Source: a virus (Duplodnaviria; Caudoviricetes). Taken from it: 64,000 bases of DNA. Each line of letters begins with the position of its first letter. Position 1 is the first letter of the stretch. The stretch is taken from positions 44,872-108,871 of the IMG/VR virus record IMGVR_UViG_3300025653_000020; one strand, given 5' to 3'. A program made the position numbers and the translations under genes. Positions 20,242-29,467 of the stretch are shown here, piece after piece. Below the pieces are notes generated by a model. That model saw nothing but the letters and a program-made list of their open reading frames with translations. It had not been told where the DNA came from and made no database searches.

Positions 20242-20591
20242 TGGTGAATTCCTGAACATTTAACTACAATACACGATTTTGGGCGCTGTGCTCTTTTATT
20301 GTGCCACTAATACTTTTGGCACAAGGTATAATTTAGTCCCGAGAGAGTTCTCTATACACTCGGGCAACTTCCTCCCAATGCTCATCACGAAGTTCGCCAC
20401 ATTGAGATTCCATAAAGTCATAAACCATACACCAATCTGCCTGAGTTTGTATAACGAACTGGGGCAAAGATTTCAGAGCAGAATAGAACAAAAAAGATGC
20501 CTTTTTCGAGGATGTGTATACACTACCACGCCGAAGGCATCTTTGGGGATTATAGTGTGCACTTTAGATATTGGCACAAGGTGTCACGAAT

Positions 20592-20768
20592 TCAGGCAAC
20601 ATCTGGGTAATCGTGTGTATCTACCAGAGAATTATCAGGAAGATTATTAGTTCGAGAGGTGATACGGTTTCGTTTAGAAATCCTCCAACCATTAAGGTCA
20701 CTATCTACAATCACACCATCGAGTTGCCTACGCTCAGATTCTGTGTGATAATGGCGTTCTTGATTCAT
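20592..20768 (-). CDS. Hypothetical protein (58 aa, MNQERHYHTESERRQ...)
   Basis: Read by hand; GAGGAG RBS and a sigma70 promoter upstream. Confidence 0.65.
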   Translation of the reverse strand: MNQERHYHTESERRQLDGVIVDSDLNGWRISKRNRITSRTNNLPDNSLVDTHDYPDVA

Positions 20769-20803
20769 TTTAGAAATCTCCTCAAATCTTAAGGAATAAT
20801 GAA

Positions 20804-20832
20804 ATTATAATGGATTTTGATCCATTTTGCAA
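20804..20832 (-). promoter_or_regulatory. Sigma70-type promoter TTGCAA-17-TATAAT with palindromic spacer
   Basis: Spacer contains ATGGAT-CAAA-ATCCAT. Confidence 0.7.
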
Positions 20833-20847
20833 GTCACTTAATGAAAC

Positions 20848-21021
20848 TTACCATCTATCAGGGGTTGACAAATCCTCCACATATGCCTTAACCTTTTCAG
20901 CAGGTTCAAGATCTAGAACCTTTCCCCATTGAATCTGATGTGGGTTCATATCTTGGAAAACATCAAGTTCTAGAGTAATGCGATACTTTACCTTAGAACT
21001 TGTTGAGTGGATGCTGGGCAT
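20848..21021 (-). CDS. Hypothetical protein (57 aa, MPSIHSTSSKVKYRITLELDV...)
   Basis: Read by hand; AGGAG upstream; promoter TTGACT-17-TATACT at 21049-21077. Confidence 0.65.
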   Translation of the reverse strand: MPSIHSTSSKVKYRITLELDVFQDMNPHQIQWGKVLDLEPAEKVKAYVEDLSTPDRW

Positions 21022-21161
21022 TGGGTCTAGTGCTCCTTAACTTTGTTAAGTATACTGGATGGGCATCAGGAAGTCAATGTCTAGAAACCACTTCTAGAAC
21101 TGGCACATATCTGTGTGGGTCTCTTATTTGTATATATTATGTTATGTGTAATTGTGTGCAT

Positions 21162-21378
21162 ATCTCGTGTTCATATGCACATATCTCGCACAAGCACACA
21201 CACAATCTCGTAAGCATTACATAAGGTGCTTATATTGTATATGTGTTATTGTATAAGGCACACAGGATCTCGTAGCATGTTATATCTCGTATGTGCTCTT
21301 ATATGTGTATATTGTATATTGTTATTATGTGTATATCTCGCACACAATCTCGTAGTGCACATCTCGTACATGATCTCG
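21162..21378. repeat. Nine direct ATCTCG repeats in AT/TG-rich non-coding DNA (iteron-like)
   Basis: At 21162, 21183, 21205, 21267, 21284, 21335, 21347, 21361, 21373. Confidence 0.85.
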
Positions 21379-21431
21379 TAGTGCCTTAGAGTATAACGAA
21401 GTCCCCCTGTGAATTTTTATTTCGCGCCCCC

Positions 21432-21460
21432 TTGACTTTTTCGTGCCCTCGTGTTAGAAT
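21432..21460 (+). promoter_or_regulatory. Sigma70-type promoter TTGACT-17-TAGAAT
   Basis: Exact 17-bp spacing; points into the tandem repeat. Confidence 0.75.
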
Positions 21461-21480
21461 GCGGTCTAAAATCACAAGAA

Positions 21481-21745
21481 TCTGAAGGTTTCTGAAGGAT
21501 TTCTAAGGGTATTAGAAGGGATTATCTGAAGGTTTCTGAAGGATTTCTAAGGGTATTAGAAGGGATTATCTGAAGGTTTCTAAAGGGATTATCTGAAGGT
21601 TTCTGAAGGTTTCTAAAGGGATTATCTGAAGGTTTCTAAAGGGATTATCTGAAGGTTTCTGAAGGATTTCTAAGGGTATTAGAAGGGATTATCTGAAGGT
21701 TTCCTAAGGGTATTAGAAGGGATTAAGAAGGATTAATAAGGTATT
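21481..21745. repeat. Tandem array of about 24 10-13-bp AAGG-core units with a 44-bp higher-order period
   Basis: Units TCTGAAGGTT / TCTGAAGGATT / TCTAAGGGTAT / TAGAAGGGATTA / TCTAAAGGGATTA. Confidence 0.92.
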
Positions 21746-21781
21746 AAAAAGATATTAAGAACCATATAAAAGACAAGAAGT

Positions 21782-21789
21782 TATTTATA
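21782..21789 (-). promoter_or_regulatory. Perfect T4 late promoter TATAAATA facing the tandem repeat
   Basis: tatttata on the + strand; no ORF downstream on the minus strand. Confidence 0.45.
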
Positions 21790-21887
21790 CGATCCGGAGA
21801 ATAAGTATACCAGAATACACCCAAGTATTAGTATCCTATCAGTATATTAAATAGAGTATCAGTATAGTAGAATTACCCTATCAGTCT

Positions 21888-22676
21888 ATGCAAGGATTAA
21901 TATACTCTATCTACTCTAGAGACACAGATAAGCACTACATTGGATCAACTACCAAACCATTGAATAAGGAATGGAAGGAACATTTAGATAAAGCAAACAG
22001 AATGTCTTCTAAACACTTATATAAAGCAATAAGGAAATATGGTGCTGGTAGTTTTACTTTAAAGGTCTTAGAAGAATGTCATGAATCCTTATTGAATGAG
22101 AAACTATCTTATTGGATAGAACAGTATGATGCTTACAATAAAGGATATAACATTAAACCTAAGGATATACCTTCTCCTATCATTGATCCTTCTCCTATTA
22201 TATCAGAACCTATAGTTGAAGTCAAACCTAAGAAAAAGAAATCACCTTTTGGTAATAGAACATATAAGCATTGTGGAATACATCATAAAAGAGCAATTAA
22301 GACAATAAACGTCGATACACTTGAAGAGAATGTGTATGAGAGTTTAGTTGAATGTGCAGAAGCATTAGGTGTGATTCCTTCTAACCTTTCACGTTCAATG
22401 AATAATGGATGGAAAGTTAAAGGTCACCGTATCATTAAATTAGATGATCGTCCTATATCAAAACAAATATATGGATTAGATAAGCGCACCAATAGGATAC
22501 GATTTACATTTAACAGTATCAGGGAAGCTTGTGAAACATTAGAAGGTTGTCAGAGTGGATGTCACAAATCATTGAAGCATCCACATAAGTACAGTTGGTG
22601 TGGGTGTTATTGGTTTTATGTGCATCCAATCAGTGCACCACCAACAGCAGCACCTACGGGAACTGACCATACATAA
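21888..22676 (+). CDS. GIY-YIG (Seg-like) homing endonuclease with NUMOD1-like HTH repeats
   Basis: GLIYSI...HYIGST, LYKAIRKYG, GYNI; YESLVECAEALG and FNSIREACETL; the only convincing plus-strand gene. Confidence 0.85.
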   Translation: MQGLIYSIYSRDTDKHYIGSTTKPLNKEWKEHLDKANRMSSKHLYKAIRKYGAGSFTLKVLEECHESLLNEKLSYWIEQYDAYNKGYNIKPKDIPSPIIDPSPIISEPIVEVKPKKKKSPFGNRTYKHCGIHHKRAIKTINVDTLEENVYESLVECAEALGVIPSNLSRSMNNGWKVKGHRIIKLDDRPISKQIYGLDKRTNRIRFTFNSIREACETLEGCQSGCHKSLKHPHKYSWCGCYWFYVHPISAPPTAAPTGTDHT

Positions 22677-23020
22677 GCATCTGGTTTTGAGACTCCAGCA
22701 GCAATACCACCACCTAACAATCCACCTAGAACTGTAGGAGTTGTGCGACAGGAAGAATGTTCATACCTTTCTTGACGATGTTCATTCCTTCTTTCATCAG
22801 TATAGCGATTCTTCCAACAAGGTGCTTCGTCGCGGAAGATTTGTACATACCCTTTTTGATACCTACCGTGAGCATCATACCTTCCAGGAATATACTCCTC
22901 TCTCACCTGAAACCTTTGACAGTATTCAGTTCGATGAGTATATGCAGAGCGGCGGTGTTCGGCAAGTGCAGCAGTAGGCATAAGAGTGGCAGCAGCAAAT
23001 GCAAGTGCTAGAAATTTCAT
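22616..23020 (-). CDS. Signal-peptide protein with C-terminal glycine zipper
   Basis: MKFLALAFAAATLMPTAALA; LGGLLGGGIAA...VGAAVGGALIG. Confidence 0.75.
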   Translation of the reverse strand: MKFLALAFAAATLMPTAALAEHRRSAYTHRTEYCQRFQVREEYIPGRYDAHGRYQKGYVQIFRDEAPCWKNRYTDERRNEHRQERYEHSSCRTTPTVLGGLLGGGIAAGVSKPDAYVWSVPVGAAVGGALIGCT

Positions 23021-23312
23021 GACAGTGATTTAACGTAAACAGTTTCTAATTGACCAGTGTGATCAGATCTCTTCAGTTCTTCTGCAAGTTCAGTCGAAGA
23101 AAGAGAACTTTCAAACTCTATATATTCTTCTCTACCATCTACCCATCGAAATCCAACTCTATACCTCTTCATTTTGTTTTCGATTTAACTCTACATTGTG
23201 CCAATAGATCTCAAGTGCTTTGACACTTTCTGGTGTCTCTTCCCATTCCCAAATCTCACCTTTGGTGCTTTCATAAGTTCGAATTGCCATAATTTTGTTC
23301 TCCTTTTTTTAA

Positions 23313-23621
23313 TTACAGTTTACCACCAACAATGCCATCATTCATCACATTGCTATTACTTCCATCCCATCCTTCTTGCCTTCCTTTAAGATAAAAGCGC
23401 GTTGCTTTTACACATTGCTCCTCACTTAAGGAACTAATCAATTTCTCACCATTCTTTGCTTCACTATGCCATAAACCAAATCGTGTCTTATACACCTGAA
23501 AGGCATCATCAATCCACTGTATCTCTTGGTTTTGTTTTGAACTTTTTGAATCGTTTTCCGCCATCTCTTTTGTATTGTTGGATGTATTTGGTTCGGTAGT
23601 CGTCATAAGGGAAGTAAGCAA
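23313..23621 (-). CDS. Hypothetical protein (true start likely MAENDS)
   Basis: WIDDAFQV...ATRFYLK...VGGKL. Confidence 0.65.
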   Translation of the reverse strand: MLTSLMTTTEPNTSNNTKEMAENDSKSSKQNQEIQWIDDAFQVYKTRFGLWHSEAKNGEKLISSLSEEQCVKATRFYLKGRQEGWDGSNSNVMNDGIVGGKL

Positions 23622-23754
23622 AGTGTTCTAAAGTTTTCTTTCCGAATTGTGTTGTCCAACTTAATCCATAAGGAAATGTTTTGTGAAATGGTTTAACAAC
23701 AATTAAATCATCCTTCTTTAAAGATTTTGATTTTTTCATACTTATCAGGAACAA
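23509..23754 (-). CDS. Hypothetical basic protein
   Basis: ORF track. Confidence 0.55.
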   Translation of the reverse strand: MFLISMKKSKSLKKDDLIVVKPFHKTFPYGLSWTTQFGKKTLEHFAYFPYDDYRTKYIQQYKRDGGKRFKKFKTKPRDTVD

Positions 23755-23873
23755 CTACAATATTTACATCCTGAGAACGATGCTCTCCATAATAAACTGT
23801 CACAGTGCAATAATACTCTGAAACAAAATTAATGAATCCAACCTGATTCTCATAGAGAACCATCATTCCCTGT

Positions 23874-24140
23874 TCAAATATCACTCATATCCTCCAGAAA
23901 TACCCACTCACTTGGTTCCTCACCATCAACTACAAACTCCTGATACAATGCATCAGAATCATCAATTCGATCGGCAGTGACAAGTTCACACATTCGCTCA
24001 CTCCAATATGCCTCCAGATTGATAATTTGCTTTTCTTTCATTCGATCGTTGCTCAGTGAAAACATTGTTCTAAAATTGATAGTTTGAGTTGCATTGCAGA
24101 GTATGGAGTTGTATCCCCAAACTCTACCGAATCTCCGCAC
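23874..24140 (-). CDS. Hypothetical acidic protein (true start likely MKEKQ)
   Basis: ORF track. Confidence 0.55.
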   Translation of the reverse strand: MRRFGRVWGYNSILCNATQTINFRTMFSLSNDRMKEKQIINLEAYWSERMCELVTADRIDDSDALYQEFVVDGEEPSEWVFLEDMSDI

Positions 24141-24373
24141 TTGGAGGAGTTAATAGGGGCGTGATAGGATTCGGTTTTGGTGTTGAAGAATCCCCAAATA
24201 CTTCGCGCACTAGCACCATCGTTGTAAACAAATTTATAATGATTGCGAATCCAAATAGCAATGATGTTGCGTTTAAATTCTTCAACTTCATAACTGTAAC
24301 CCTCTGGTGCTGTGTGTTGAAATGATTCAGGTAAGGAAAGAATCAACGATTCCGATTTCTTCGTCTTCTTCAT
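24053..24373 (-). CDS. Conserved cyanophage hypothetical protein
   Basis: HTAPEGYSYEV...SIWGF...HAPIN...TTPYSAMQ. Confidence 0.7.
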   Translation of the reverse strand: MKKTKKSESLILSLPESFQHTAPEGYSYEVEEFKRNIIAIWIRNHYKFVYNDGASARSIWGFFNTKTESYHAPINSSKCGDSVEFGDTTPYSAMQLKLSILEQCFH

Positions 24374-24566
24374 TACTTAACATTAAACGAGTTGCTTTGT
24401 AAACATTTTCCTGAATCCGATCATCATAAGAACTCTCACATTCATCACGCCAATCAATCAAAACATCATGGCACTGATTGTCATTCTCAGCAACAACTGC
24501 AATCAATCCTCCATACTCAGAACTTGGAAAAGGAACCCAGTAATTAACAAGATACAAATACTTCAT
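24327..24566 (-). CDS. Conserved cyanophage hypothetical protein
   Basis: YWVPFPSSEYGG. Confidence 0.7.
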   Translation of the reverse strand: MKYLYLVNYWVPFPSSEYGGLIAVVAENDNQCHDVLIDWRDECESSYDDRIQENVYKATRLMLSNEEDEEIGIVDSFLT

Positions 24567-24801
24567 TGATCAAGAAACCATAATTTTTTCAAAGAGTTCA
24601 TCAAATACATCTTGATCATACCTTGCGTACATACCACTGTCCCGTAGATCAATCATAATTTGTTGAAGAAGTACAAGTTCCTCATATGCAAGGTTGTCGA
24701 TAATCAATTGTTGTTGCATCAGCATTGATTGTTTTGGTGATTTACATTACAATTATACCATAAAGTGAGAGGAAATCAATACCTCCCACTTTTATATCAT
24801 A

Positions 24802-25041
24802 TCAGCACATCACAGGAGAATAATCATCACCAGTGTAAGAATGGAGATTGAAGTCAGTCACCGTAGCACCATTAGCAATCAGATTGCTGATGGAATACAG
24901 AGCATCGCTCTTGACAACGGTAGAGAAAGAGATCATCTCACTCTCAGCACCAGGATGCCAGATCACACGCTTCACAAACCGCTTTGCAGCAGGAGTGCAA
25001 GGGTAGAAGTCGATTTGATTGGCAAAGGTTTGGAGTTGCAT
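24802..25041 (-). CDS. Hypothetical early protein (79 aa)
   Basis: Directly downstream of a palindrome promoter. Confidence 0.7.
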   Translation of the reverse strand: MQLQTFANQIDFYPCTPAAKRFVKRVIWHPGAESEMISFSTVVKSDALYSISNLIANGATVTDFNLHSYTGDDYSPVMC

Positions 25042-25328
25042 CGGGTGTTCTCTTGATTACCTTGTTATTATAGGGTGAAATGGGTGCCGTGGAAGCAGCA
25101 GTGTGCCACTTCCTCAACTGTCCATCATCAGGCACCAATAACAGAAACGTCGACCTCTTTGATGTTCAATCCACACAACTGATTGTAGACTCGCTCTTGA
25201 ATCTTGGCACAAGTATTACCCTTTGCGTTGAGTTTGACACGCTCATACCAAATAGTCGTGCATCCATCATTAGTGGAAACTTGAATTCGGATGTCCTTCA
25301 AAGCGTGCTTCTCTTGATTACCTTGTAA

Positions 25329-25895
25329 TCATACAGGCAACCGTGCTTCACTGGGGGATCTCTGTGCCAGTTTGGAAGGTGGTACACTCAACTCCTCCAT
25401 AATAATTTGTTTTGGTAGAAAGTTCCAGCAATAGTAACTACTACTGAAGGTAATCTTATCATTTGGACGACCATCAGGACTATGAAACTTCATCCGCTTG
25501 TCAAACATCAACAGTTGTAAATCCTTATCCTTAAACAATTGCTTTGGAGCACTATCATTCAACCAAGTGTTAGTCATAATCAATGCAAATGGTTTGTTAA
25601 ATGATAATGCTCTCTCAAAGAACTTACGTTTGTTTGTGAATGGTGGATTGGATACAATCACATCCCAGTGACCCTCTGGTTCATAAGTGAGGAAGTCTTG
25701 ATTATACTTAATGTGAGTAAAAACTACCTCATTCTGTTCCTTAATCTGCTTTACAAACTCACTATCAATCGTGTCAAATGGACACCAGACAACTGCATCT
25801 TTAGGAATATATTTGAGGATAGGAGTTACACCATAATTTGGAGTGTAACACTCATCGTTGTTACCCTCAGAGTACATCAGTTCTTTAGAATCCAT
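25329..25895 (-). CDS. DNA adenine methyltransferase (small, NPPF type)
   Basis: NDECYTP, VWCPFD, DVIVSNPPF. Confidence 0.8.
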   Translation of the reverse strand: MDSKELMYSEGNNDECYTPNYGVTPILKYIPKDAVVWCPFDTIDSEFVKQIKEQNEVVFTHIKYNQDFLTYEPEGHWDVIVSNPPFTNKRKFFERALSFNKPFALIMTNTWLNDSAPKQLFKDKDLQLLMFDKRMKFHSPDGRPNDKITFSSSYYCWNFLPKQIIMEELSVPPSKLAQRSPSEARLPV

Positions 25896-25897
25896 AT

Positions 25898-26398
25898 TCA
25901 ACCCAGAATACATTTACCAACTGCATAGATCTCTTTCTTAGAAATAGTGATACCGATACGGGGATCTTTAGCATTACCGTTCTTTTTCTTCGGATACTGT
26001 TTCTTAGCCTTGGGAAGGAGAATGGCAAGAACGTCGTTACAATCTAACTTCCACACTTCCGCAATTTTACCACCATCATAACGAGCATAATAGTGATTCT
26101 TATACTTACCAATCTTATCCTCAATCAGATACCGTTCTTGTTCTTCCCAAGTGTCTTGAACGCTAATGCCATTATACGTTGCATTGATAGAATTTGCAAT
26201 AGTGGACTTATACTCTGCACCACCATCTTCATCAAAAGCATCAGCACCACTATAATCTTCAGCGATAGAATGACCTAACACTCCCGCCATATGTATTTCA
26301 CGAGAGCGAGCATAACTGAAAGGATCACCCCAACCTTGTTCTTCACAAAGTTTATACATCTCTTCATAGAGTGCTTGGTAGCGTTCTTCAGGAGTCAT
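25898..26398 (-). CDS. Putative PD-(D/E)xK restriction-like endonuclease
   Basis: GADAFDEDGGAEYKS; stop lies 2 nt before the MTase start. Confidence 0.6.
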   Translation of the reverse strand: MTPEERYQALYEEMYKLCEEQGWGDPFSYARSREIHMAGVLGHSIAEDYSGADAFDEDGGAEYKSTIANSINATYNGISVQDTWEEQERYLIEDKIGKYKNHYYARYDGGKIAEVWKLDCNDVLAILLPKAKKQYPKKKNGNAKDPRIGITISKKEIYAVGKCILG

Positions 26399-26478
26399 CA
26401 GTGCCTTGCGTATCCACTTATTATAGGGCACTCTGTGCCCCTACAAGGGCACTCTAGTCCAGTTTCCAAATCGTCCCA

Positions 26479-26952
26479 CTAGAAAGCATAATTAATCCAT
26501 TCTGGATCATTTGTGTCAAGAATAGAAAGCATCACACCATTATAATGAGATTTTGGTTCTTTCATCAGTTTCATACCAGTTTGCTCAAGAAGTTTGTTTC
26601 CTTTCTTGACATTACAGGATGAGCAAGCAACTACCATATTCTCCCAAGTATCTCCACCACCTTTAGAACGTGGAACAACATGATCTATAGTTAGTTTCTT
26701 TGTTGCTCCACAATATTGACACTTATTTCTATCCCGTTTGTATATCATACTGCGGGATGGTTTTGTAATACTAAAAGAATTATATGGTATCTTAATGTTC
26801 TCAACCAATCGAATTACCTTGGAAGAAAGAACCTGTGCCTTTTCCTTCAGTATGAGAACAACTGCTCTCTTCCAAGATGTAAAGTTGATTGGCATATAAC
26901 CAGAACTTAAGACTAATATCGTCTTATATGGTTGTATCTTGAGATGGTTCAT
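26479..26952 (-). CDS. HNH endonuclease
   Basis: RDRNKCQYCG...TIDHVVPRSKGG...NMVVACSSCNVKKG. Confidence 0.92.
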   Translation of the reverse strand: MNHLKIQPYKTILVLSSGYMPINFTSWKRAVVLILKEKAQVLSSKVIRLVENIKIPYNSFSITKPSRSMIYKRDRNKCQYCGATKKLTIDHVVPRSKGGGDTWENMVVACSSCNVKKGNKLLEQTGMKLMKEPKSHYNGVMLSILDTNDPEWINYAF

Positions 26953-27419
26953 TGCTGCTGAAGTTGTTGGGTTTGAGTTGTTTCAGTGTTGATGCTTTCC
27001 TTAAAGTTGTTACCTTGAACAAAACCAAATCCACCAAGAGCAAGAGTCGATGCAAGAATAATTGCAATTGCTTTACCATTCTCATCTTCTACTGCATCAG
27101 ATAATCCAGTACCACATAGTTTCTTAGAGACCCAATATCCAAGTGCTCCACCTGCTGCCATAAAAACCCAAGGAGCAAGAAATACAACAAGAAATAGAAT
27201 TGCTGCCCCTCCTAGCAATATACCGCTTCCCTCCATTGACCCTCCACCAGAAGAATCTGAAGAGTTGCTTACTTGCCTCACATTGTAGATGTCATTTTCA
27301 TCAGCATTGTAAATTTCTGCCATCATTCTTTTTGCACCATAAGCGGTGTTAGAACTAACAGTAACTGTCTGACGACCAACATCGGAACCCATCCAAACAT
27401 CACCAGAATACTGAGCCAT
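26949..27419 (-). CDS. Hypothetical membrane protein (156 aa)
   Basis: Two to three hydrophobic segments; own palindrome promoter. Confidence 0.7.
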   Translation of the reverse strand: MAQYSGDVWMGSDVGRQTVTVSSNTAYGAKRMMAEIYNADENDIYNVRQVSNSSDSSGGGSMEGSGILLGGAAILFLVVFLAPWVFMAAGGALGYWVSKKLCGTGLSDAVEDENGKAIAIILASTLALGGFGFVQGNNFKESINTETTQTQQLQQQ

Positions 27420-27443
27420 TGATCTAAATTTGAATTGTTTTTA

Positions 27444-27674
27444 TTATACAGCAGGTCTGTCGATTTGATCAAGTGGGTGTGACAGTTTATTTTGTGGACC
27501 ACTGTAAGGAGTTTCAATGTAACTCCAACTCTTTACTAGAAGTTCTGTAAATCGTTCCTGTTTTTCTGGAACTACTGATGCGGGTCTAAGTGTAATTGCT
27601 ACTTTGAGATCCTTAAGTTCCTGCCATTCCTCTTTAGTCATAATCCAACTGCAATTATGAGCATATTCTAACAT
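27444..27674 (-). CDS. Hypothetical protein
   Basis: EWQELKDLK...ERFTELLV; 3' end runs through the next promoter. Confidence 0.6.
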   Translation of the reverse strand: MLEYAHNCSWIMTKEEWQELKDLKVAITLRPASVVPEKQERFTELLVKSWSYIETPYSGPQNKLSHPLDQIDRPAV

Positions 27675-27737
27675 ATGTAGAAGAATGGTCTCATTTTTTT
27701 AATATTGTCTTTAAGTTTGGGAAAATATTCTTTACAA

Positions 27738-27968
27738 TTACTCAGAATCAGTAAAGAAATCTCCCCAGATACCTTTACTACCAGGCTTTCTTGATTCCAA
27801 CTTATCCAAAAGAGAGTCCGTTGAAATTAAAGAATCAATTTTATGAATCATTTCCGCAATCACACTTGTTACCATTGGACGCTCACCTCTAGCAGCAAAT
27901 GCCAGAGCATTTCTTAGATTAGATTCTGCATCTTTAAGTGATTCTTCTACTTGTTTTGCCAGTGCCAT
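27738..27968 (-). CDS. Conserved cyanophage hypothetical protein
   Basis: SLKDAESNLRNALAFAARGERP; AGGAG RBS. Confidence 0.75.
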   Translation of the reverse strand: MALAKQVEESLKDAESNLRNALAFAARGERPMVTSVIAEMIHKIDSLISTDSLLDKLESRKPGSKGIWGDFFTDSE

Positions 27969-27987
27969 ATCTTTCTCCTAATTAAAA

Positions 27988-28512
27988 TTAAAGGTGCTTG
28001 TTTTCCCAAAAATCATCCCAATCTTTTTGATCTACATTTTCGGAAAGTATAGACTTTGGTGCCATATCCAGTTTAGCACGTTTATTATAGTATTCTGCTT
28101 CACGCAGGTTATACTCACGACATTGTTGCTTCTCCTGATCTGATGCTGCTTTGTTGCACATTGAGTTCAGTTCTTCTTCAGTGTAGTTTGTATTAGTATT
28201 GAACTGAATGATACTCCTATCAGGATAACTAAAATTTCCTGTTATATGCTGAGAATGACCAGTAAACAGTTGCATCATTGCTGATACTTTTTCCAGTTTC
28301 TTTTTATGATAGTCTTGCCAAGTCTTAAGTTCATCAATCAAATCATTATAAAATGTTAAAGGGGAATAGTTATCATCATCAAGATATTCTGCGATTGTGT
28401 CACCTATGTTGTCTTTCATTCGAATACGATGAAGATCGACATCACCACTACTAATTTCCTTTGTCATTAAGTTTATCCTCCAGTTCTTCAATTCTAACAT
28501 AAAGGTCTTCAA
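27988..28512 (-). CDS. Hypothetical protein (start uncertain)
   Basis: ORF track. Confidence 0.6.
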   Translation of the reverse strand: MKTFMLELKNWRINLMTKEISSGDVDLHRIRMKDNIGDTIAEYLDDDNYSPLTFYNDLIDELKTWQDYHKKKLEKVSAMMQLFTGHSQHITGNFSYPDRSIIQFNTNTNYTEEELNSMCNKAASDQEKQQCREYNLREAEYYNKRAKLDMAPKSILSENVDQKDWDDFWENKHL

Positions 28513-28732
28513 TTAGTGAAGTCAACTTATAGAAGTTTACTTTACCAAACTCATAGTATCCATTGTCTGCTGTAATTTCACTGAAGATTTCTCTCCATTT
28601 ATGTGTTCTTTCAGTCATCACAAGTGTCCGTAGTTTTGTTGATAATATAGAAATCTTTGCATTGATGGTCTAATACCTAGACTCTCACAACATCTCAAAT
28701 AAGAGATGAATTCATACCAAGGTGCTGTAGGG

Positions 28733-28942
28733 TCAGTGTCCGCCATATCTACACCTCATTGTGTGAAGATAATTAAGAACTTCTTCCCTAATCTCCATCA
28801 GTTCATTGTAGCACTTTTGATTGTGTGCACATTGGCGAAGTGTTGAATCTGGTTTGTGAACAGATTCAATAAAGATGTCAAGTCCCCTCAACATCTTATC
28901 TTCTTTAGATTCACCGTCAGGAATGCTGTTCTGGTCTTTCAT
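28733..28942 (-). CDS. Conserved cyanophage hypothetical protein
   Basis: ESVHKPDSTLRQCAHNQKCYNELM. Confidence 0.7.
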   Translation of the reverse strand: MKDQNSIPDGESKEDKMLRGLDIFIESVHKPDSTLRQCAHNQKCYNELMEIREEVLNYLHTMRCRYGGH

Positions 28943-28945
28943 TGG

Positions 28946-29467
28946 TTAATCCCACCAATACTGTAAGTTATTTAAGCAAGAATAAAATGCCGAAAATGGT
29001 TCACAATGCCCATAAACAATTCTATCCTTAAGATTATCAATATAAGTTATGATACCTCTAGTTACAGGGTTGTCCTGAAGATAGTCTCTAAATTGAAATG
29101 TATCAAACTTTTCATTGTAAACAAAATGGGGAAATTGGTGCTCCCATCCCCTAAAGAATATATCATCTCTTTTTAGACCTTCTTCGTTGTAAGATACCCA
29201 TTCTCCAGTATCTTCATCCCTCCGAGTTTCTAATCCATCAAAATACTTTTCTGCAACATTCTTATCTTGAACGTAGATCTTCTCTACCCACTCTGAACAT
29301 AATTCATGACACATCTTCTTAAATGTGCTATTTTGGGCAGTAAAAACAAGATTGTAATCAATGAAGGTCCAGTTAGAAGTTTGCTTCGTAGTTTCTTTGT
29401 ACCTTGCAGAATGATGAAGGATTGTGAATTGAGTTTCTAAATCATATTTTTTCATCTTATTACACAA
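28946..29467 (-). CDS. Hypothetical protein ending in YWWD
   Basis: ORF track. Confidence 0.65.
   Translation of the reverse strand: MCNKMKKYDLETQFTILHHSARYKETTKQTSNWTFIDYNLVFTAQNSTFKKMCHELCSEWVEKIYVQDKNVAEKYFDGLETRRDEDTGEWVSYNEEGLKRDDIFFRGWEHQFPHFVYNEKFDTFQFRDYLQDNPVTRGIITYIDNLKDRIVYGHCEPFSAFYSCLNNLQYWWD

Noticed and set aside
20905-21100. Cluster of TCTAG(A) words as binding repeats
   Set aside because: Several lie inside an unlisted 57-aa ORF (20848-21021) as Leu-Glu/Leu-Asp codons; too short to support alone
21481-21745. CRISPR array
   Set aside because: Units are contiguous 10-13-mers with no unique spacers, and no cas genes are visible
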